Source: a virus
Virus record (IMG/VR): IMGVR_UViG_3300010413_000009
Location: 1-17,628 of that record
DNA length: 17,628 nt
Direction: 5' to 3' (one strand)
Shown piece after piece: positions 14,201 to 17,628 of the stretch. Each line of letters opens with the position of its first letter. Within the stretch, counting starts at the first letter, position 1. A program made the position numbers and the translations under genes. The notes beneath the pieces were generated by a model. That model was not told where the DNA came from and ran no database searches. It was given only the letters and a program-made list of their open reading frames with translations.

Positions 14201-15097
14201 TCAGCGAACGAGCACGGCCTCCGCGCACTGATTCGCCATTTCGAGATTGGTCACCGCGCCGCGGATCTGGGTCTGTGCCCGCTGCAGGAACTCGATCTGG
14301 AGTCCGATACGCACATCCGAATTGAGCAGCATCTGGGTGGTCCCAGCATGCATCATCTCCTCCGTGACAGCTAGCGACGACTCGTCGGCTTCCACCGGCA
14401 TGCGCGGTTGTGCAGCCTCGGCTACCGTCACTAGCGCGGACGCGGCATCCGTCAACTCCGCGGAAGTTCGGATCTTATGCAGCACCTCGTAGGCGCGCTG
14501 GATAGCCAGAGGACTAGCAGTATCGTCCGTAACCGCACAGGCGTTGGCCTCTGCCAGGCACGCATCGATGTTGATGAGGTGCCCGGCGGCCTTCTCGCGC
14601 TCGACGATCATGATGAACGCATCCTCGTACGTCACCGGCAGTGCGTTAGCAACGTGCTTCGCGCGCTGCGCCACGGCCCGCTCCTTCGCGGATCGCGCCG
14701 CAAGCGTGCGGCCGTTATGCTTCGCCTTGGAATCGTACACGATGAAGATGCGATTGTCATGATCGTGCTCATCCCTGAACAGCGCAACAGCCGCATCATT
14801 GCCATTCCTCTTGAACTCGGCGATGACCTGGTTTCGGCACTGAATCGCGGCAGCGTGGGCGATAGGTTTGCCCACGTACCTCTTCTTCAACTTCCTGAAG
14901 GTGTGGCGCACGCCGTCGAGACTGCTGGCACCTGGATGCTCGCGATAGAACGCGCGGAGCTCGTTCCGATGCTTCGACCGGCCGGGATAAGTCAAAGGAT
15001 CCCATCCGGACTTGCCCTTCTTCTTGCGCTTCGTGCTGTGCGACGGTGACGACGGACGGTCGTTCCGGAACCGGCGTCTTGCAGTGGCAGATCTCAT
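14201..15097 (-). CDS. Hypothetical basic protein (298 aa), candidate DNA-binding protein
   Basis: ATG with consensus SD AGGAGG (6-nt spacer). The N-terminus is strongly basic and NLS-like: RRRFRNDRPSSPSHSTKRKKKGKSGW. The rest is Ala-rich and helical. Confidence 0.65.
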   Translation of the reverse strand: MRSATARRRFRNDRPSSPSHSTKRKKKGKSGWDPLTYPGRSKHRNELRAFYREHPGASSLDGVRHTFRKLKKRYVGKPIAHAAAIQCRNQVIAEFKRNGNDAAVALFRDEHDHDNRIFIVYDSKAKHNGRTLAARSAKERAVAQRAKHVANALPVTYEDAFIMIVEREKAAGHLINIDACLAEANACAVTDDTASPLAIQRAYEVLHKIRTSAELTDAASALVTVAEAAQPRMPVEADESSLAVTEEMMHAGTTQMLLNSDVRIGLQIEFLQRAQTQIRGAVTNLEMANQCAEAVLVR

Positions 15098-15118
15098 AAC
15101 TTTCCTCCTGGGAAATAC

Positions 15119-15191
15119 GGGCGCATCGGCGCCCTGGCAGTGATTGCGACCACGATGATCGCGTTAGGAGTTTGACGCACACCGATGTGCG
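15119..15191 (-). promoter_or_regulatory. Two hairpins in the 115-nt intergenic region upstream of gene 14201..15097
   Basis: Hairpin 1 is GGGCGC-ATCG-GCGCCC (15119..15134). On the minus RNA it is followed by GUAUUUCCC and then the SD AGGAGG. Hairpin 2 is CGCACA-CCGA-TGTGCG (15176..15191). Both share a GCGC-rich stem and a 4-nt loop. Confidence 0.35.
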
Positions 15192-15212
15192 CCAATATGC
15201 CTCTCCACGTCC

Positions 15213-15650
15213 TCATTTCTTCTTCTTTGTTTTTGGTCTGGGCTCCTTCTTGGATTTGGGGTTAGGTTCGGATCTGGTGATTATGATCTTCTCAGGCAGA
15301 TCATCGAGCCTGCCTTGTGCACGGTCTTTTTCCATCGCATGGGTCTTAATATCCTGCTCCAGTCCTCGGTGAATCGAGGTAGTGGCTTCATACACTTTAA
15401 CCGTCTCGGACAGCGCCATGAGTGCTTGAATCACTTGCTCTCCGCGGCTCAAAGCATCCGGGATGACGGATTTACCGTAACGCCCTGACACTGCGCTCGA
15501 ACGGAATTCAAGCATACAGCCAGGGAGTGTGAAGTGGATGACATACGACGCCGAATCGACCGATTGCGTGATGATCTCGGCATTGACGATGAGTTTTGTC
15601 GCCGTGCCTGGCGGGATTGCCTCAGGCAATACCGTTTTCCTAATAACCAT
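15213..15650 (-). CDS. Hypothetical protein (145 aa) with a Lys-rich C-terminal tail
   Basis: ATG with SD AAGGAG (7-nt spacer). Overlaps the upstream gene by 11 nt. The C-terminus is EPNPKSKKEPRPKTKKKK. Confidence 0.6.
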   Translation of the reverse strand: MVIRKTVLPEAIPPGTATKLIVNAEIITQSVDSASYVIHFTLPGCMLEFRSSAVSGRYGKSVIPDALSRGEQVIQALMALSETVKVYEATTSIHRGLEQDIKTHAMEKDRAQGRLDDLPEKIIITRSEPNPKSKKEPRPKTKKKK

Positions 15651-16071
15651 TCATGATCTCCTTGACTGCAAGCAGTTCGGAATCCGGTACTGGGATTGGG
15701 TTGAGCATGCCTCCGTAACGCATGCGCAGTGAGACCAACTCACCGTCACGTACCAGATTGCCACGGTACCTTATAATGCCGTATCCATCTGCGAGTTTAA
15801 TGCGCAGCGTGCGCAGTTCGGCAACCAGCTGTATGCAGTTTTCGGAATCAGCTGAGATGTAGAATCGTTTCGCGTCCAGCGTGCCCCACCAGCACTTTTC
15901 TGCCGTACGGTACTCGAGATCGCCGATACGGCCCGCGGCTTCGCGAAAGATGATCTTCTGTCGGTCTTCTTGTACCGCATTGATTCCGTACATCACCGCC
16001 GTGGTAATGAAGGCAACAAGCAACACCACGATGAGCCAGTTGTGGAAAGTTCGACCCGCAGTCGATGCCAT
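15640..16071 (-). CDS. Membrane-anchored protein (143 aa from ATG), with an N-terminal signal-anchor/TM helix
   Basis: The track ORF starts at a TTG at 16098. The first ATG (16071) has SD AAGGAG at a 7-nt spacer. Hydrophobic segment WLIVVLLVAFITTAVMYGI near the N-terminus. The remainder is predicted to be extracytoplasmic. Confidence 0.55.
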   Translation of the reverse strand: MASTAGRTFHNWLIVVLLVAFITTAVMYGINAVQEDRQKIIFREAAGRIGDLEYRTAEKCWWGTLDAKRFYISADSENCIQLVAELRTLRIKLADGYGIIRYRGNLVRDGELVSLRMRYGGMLNPIPVPDSELLAVKEIMNGY

Positions 16072-16282
16072 CCGAACACTCCTTGTTCTCGTGATCAAAG
16101 TCTGGAAAATGCCTATCCCGGCCTACCCAAAGTACCCAATTTCACAATATATCGGGCAAATCAGGCACGCGTGACAGAAGTCGTTACGGCCGCACGAGTT
16201 ATGACGAGAAATCGTCACTCCGGCATACCACCTCAGAGGGGAAACGTACGGCTAAATGTGCTGGGTCTTGCCTATTTTAACA

Positions 16283-16298
16283 TACGGGTTAACCCGTA
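16283..16298. promoter_or_regulatory. 16-bp perfect palindrome TACGGGTTAACCCGTA (candidate operator), within a promoter-like element on the minus strand
   Basis: Perfect dyad symmetry centred on GTTAAC. On the minus strand it sits in the 16-nt spacer between GTTACA (-35-like) and TATGTT (-10-like). The surrounding 16260..16420 is AT-rich relative to the rest of the window. Confidence 0.4.
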
Positions 16299-16381
16299 GT
16301 TGTAACTCGAGGCAGTACAAGAACTTAGCTGAGGTCAAAAATGATACCCCCCTTTTGGGATTCGGGAATTTGAAATAGTAT

Positions 16382-16445
16382 ATATTAGTCCTCATTTCAT
16401 TCGGACTAATATCGCCGCCGACCGGACGGACGAGATGTCCGTCCG
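16382..16445 (-). terminator. Tandem perfect hairpins at the operon boundary downstream of the 29-aa peptide gene
   Basis: Hairpin A is ATATTAGTCC-N11-GGACTAATAT (16382..16412; 10-bp stem). On the minus RNA it is followed by AUACUAUUUC. Hairpin B is CGGACGGAC-GAGAT-GTCCGTCCG (16423..16445; 9-bp stem). Orientation as a minus-strand terminator is inferred, and the U-tract is modest. Confidence 0.35.
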
Positions 16446-16646
16446 ATCAGGTGGCGTGATGCCCCTCTTTTTTACTATCCAGACGTTGAAGCCTTCTGCG
16501 TACCCAGCGACGGTATTCCGGACCGAGGCGTGGATACGTAAAGTCTCGACGCACCACTGGTGTTGCGCGCGTCTGTTCTGGCGAATTGCCCCGTTTGCAT
16601 TGTTGTTCGACTGCCCGCTGACGCGCAGCCTGTAGATCTGGATGTG

Positions 16647-16736
16647 TCAGAGCAGAATCGCCGCGAGTGCAATGATCAGAATAGCAACCAGTGTGAGCAC
16701 CTCGAAGATGCTCATCTTGCCGTGCTTCCGTGTCAT
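16647..16736 (-). CDS. Small hydrophobic membrane peptide (29 aa), unannotated in the ORF track because it is below the size cutoff
   Basis: Manual translation gives MTRKHGKMSIFEVLTLVAILIIALAAILL*. It has a cationic N-terminus followed by a single TM-length hydrophobic helix. Consensus SD AAGGAG lies 6 nt upstream of the ATG. It starts 11 nt after the TAG stop of the upstream 2-TM protein gene. Confidence 0.5.
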   Translation of the reverse strand: MTRKHGKMSIFEVLTLVAILIIALAAILL

Positions 16737-16749
16737 GATTGTCTCCTTG

Positions 16750-17307
16750 CTACGAGTACCTTTTGAGATAGCCGGCAGTGATCACGACGCCGAGTAACCC
16801 TGCGCCGAGAATCGAAAGCGCGAACGTAAACTGATTCGGGAAGAGAGAGATCCTCGGCGGTGCGGTAACCGACGGCGACTGCCCTTCGTCGATTAGGGTC
16901 TCCCGCAACTTCATCAGTTGATTCGAGATCTCCAACGGCTTCGCATCCGTTGGAAAATGTTCTAGCTCATCGTATGCGCTCTGGATATTGTCGTGCCAGA
17001 ACTTCACATCGCATTTTGGTGTGTAGATGAGCAGTTGCGACTGCCCACTAGTACAACCGCGAATTTTCATTCCGGCCAGCGCGTACTCGAGCTCCTGCTT
17101 TGCCAGCCCGATCGTGTTAGCATCGGCAGCGCGTTTCAAATGTCCGCCAATGTCGCGCTCGTAGCTGAGCCACGCCAGCCCGAGCATCGCCATGAGTACG
17201 CAGAACGGCAGCCAACCGATGGTTACCCAAATCCACGACAGCTCCGATTGGCGCCGTCGCCTTCGCGTTCCGTAATAATCCTGCATACGTTCACTCAATG
17301 TCTTCAT
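16750..17307 (-). CDS. Membrane protein with two predicted TM helices (185 aa from ATG)
   Basis: The track ORF begins at a GTG at 17325. The ATG at 17307 has SD GGAAGGAAGAG. This ATG overlaps the TGA stop of the upstream gene. Basic cytoplasmic N-terminus (GTRRRRRQ). TM1 WIWVTIGWLPFCVLMAMLGLAWL. A ~110-aa central domain. C-terminal TM FALSILGAGLLGVVITAGYL. Confidence 0.6.
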   Translation of the reverse strand: MKTLSERMQDYYGTRRRRRQSELSWIWVTIGWLPFCVLMAMLGLAWLSYERDIGGHLKRAADANTIGLAKQELEYALAGMKIRGCTSGQSQLLIYTPKCDVKFWHDNIQSAYDELEHFPTDAKPLEISNQLMKLRETLIDEGQSPSVTAPPRISLFPNQFTFALSILGAGLLGVVITAGYLKRYS

Positions 17308-17576
17308 CAAAACTCTTCCTTCCACGTAGCCCGCCAGACAATCCGTTCTATCAAGAGCTCGTCCGCTAGAAGCACGTCGTATGGACTGTGCGACTTATCT
17401 CTGAGTCCACGCGCACGACACCGCACGATTGCTTTGGTATCGCGATTCGTGAATCGAGCGAGATATGCGCGCGCCGTAGCGAACGACTTGAATACGTGCC
17501 ATCCAGACACGTACCATGTCTTCGCGTCGCGCACATGCTTATGTTCAGCCTCAAGCCACTGATTGCGCGGCAACAC
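17307..17576 (-). CDS. Hypothetical protein (89 aa; GTG start as given by the track)
   Basis: ORF whose stop is coupled (1-nt overlap) to the start of the downstream membrane protein gene. An alternative-frame ORF at 17366..17596 was rejected. No recognisable motifs. Confidence 0.4.
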   Translation of the reverse strand: MLPRNQWLEAEHKHVRDAKTWYVSGWHVFKSFATARAYLARFTNRDTKAIVRCRARGLRDKSHSPYDVLLADELLIERIVWRATWKEEF

Positions 17577-17628
17577 ACGCGTGCCGCCGTTGCCATGGAA
17601 CAGCGTCTTCAGTCGTCTACGCGCGTCG

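Noticed and set aside
14477-15049. 190-aa plus-strand ORF inside gene 14201..15097
   Set aside because: Antisense to an ORF that has a consensus AGGAGG SD. No start signal of its own.
15094-15126. 10-codon upstream mini-ORF (MRPYFPGGKL) starting inside hairpin 15119..15134. Its TGA overlaps the ATG of gene 14201..15097
   Set aside because: It could be a leader peptide coupling hairpin melting to translation. However, it is very short and has no SD of its own. My base-level reading here may contain 1-2 nt errors. I treat it as probably coincidental.
16462-16474. Plus-strand T-run (CCCCTCTTTTTTA) 16 nt after hairpin B, as a plus-strand terminator
   Set aside because: The hairpin and U-tract are not contiguous, and there is no supported plus-strand gene upstream. 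It is more likely part of the minus-strand terminator/promoter island.
16435-16635. 66-aa plus-strand ORF in the AT-rich intergenic region
   Set aside because: No SD sequence. The ORF crosses hairpin B and a T-run. The translation is not protein-like. The region is better explained as regulatory DNA for minus-strand operons.
17366-17596. Alternative 76-aa minus-strand ORF overlapping 17307..17576 in another frame
   Set aside because: The two ORFs are mutually exclusive. The 89-aa frame ends in a 1-nt stop/start overlap with the downstream membrane-protein gene, which is the pattern seen throughout the window. The 76-aa frame is Arg/Ser/Cys-rich. The decision is low-confidence.
1-17628. tRNA, rRNA, CRISPR arrays, tandem repeats, transposase or integrase, toxin-antitoxin pairs
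   Set aside because: I scanned by eye for T-loop-like GTTCGAATC motifs, regularly spaced direct repeats, IS-type terminal inverted repeats and recombinase motifs. None were found. Absence cannot be proven without tools.

Overview
This window is a densely packed, strictly unidirectional gene array: every credible gene is on the minus strand, and many are joined by 1-4 nt ATGA/TAATG overlaps. It looks like a phage, or other mobile-element, DNA replication and recombination module followed by accessory genes. Reading the minus strand from high to low coordinates, it contains the following genes.

- Two membrane-protein genes (17307..17576 and 16750..17307).
- An unannotated 29-aa hydrophobic peptide gene with a consensus Shine-Dalgarno (SD) sequence (16647..16736).
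- A roughly 550-bp AT-rich intergenic region carrying a 16-bp perfect palindrome and tandem hairpins.
- An N-terminally anchored membrane protein and a protein with a Lys-rich tail.
- A basic, NLS-like DNA-binding candidate.
- A zinc-ribbon protein.
- A complete bifunctional HldE, the heptose-7-P kinase / heptose-1-P adenylyltransferase that makes ADP-heptose.
- An SbcD(Mre11)-X-SbcC(Rad50)-Y nuclease module of four overlapping genes.
- A sigma70-like promoter (TTGACA-N17-TAGGAT) flanked by two GGCCAC-N5-GTGGT inverted repeats.
- A 156-aa hypothetical gene.
- An SF2 DEAH-box helicase.
- A 245-aa hypothetical gene.
- A DnaB-family (SF4) replicative helicase, translationally coupled (TAATG) to a DnaG/T7-gp4-like primase that runs off the left edge. 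This primase has a zinc ribbon and a TOPRIM domain and is absent from the supplied ORF track.

On the plus strand the only supported feature is a promoter-plus-intrinsic-terminator pair bracketing a roughly 70-nt candidate antisense small RNA at 4868..4938. No tRNA, rRNA, CRISPR array, transposase or integrase was recognised.

The most unusual content is HldE embedded in a replication module next to several uncharacterised proteins. This could be a nucleotide-sugar (ADP-heptose) modification module. The two extra, translationally coupled partners of the SbcCD pair are also unusual.

Caveats: CDS coordinates are taken from the supplied ORF track. Coordinates of features I derived myself, such as hairpins and promoters, may be off by 1-2 nt. 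My reading of dinucleotide runs near 17515-17580 did not agree exactly with the track.
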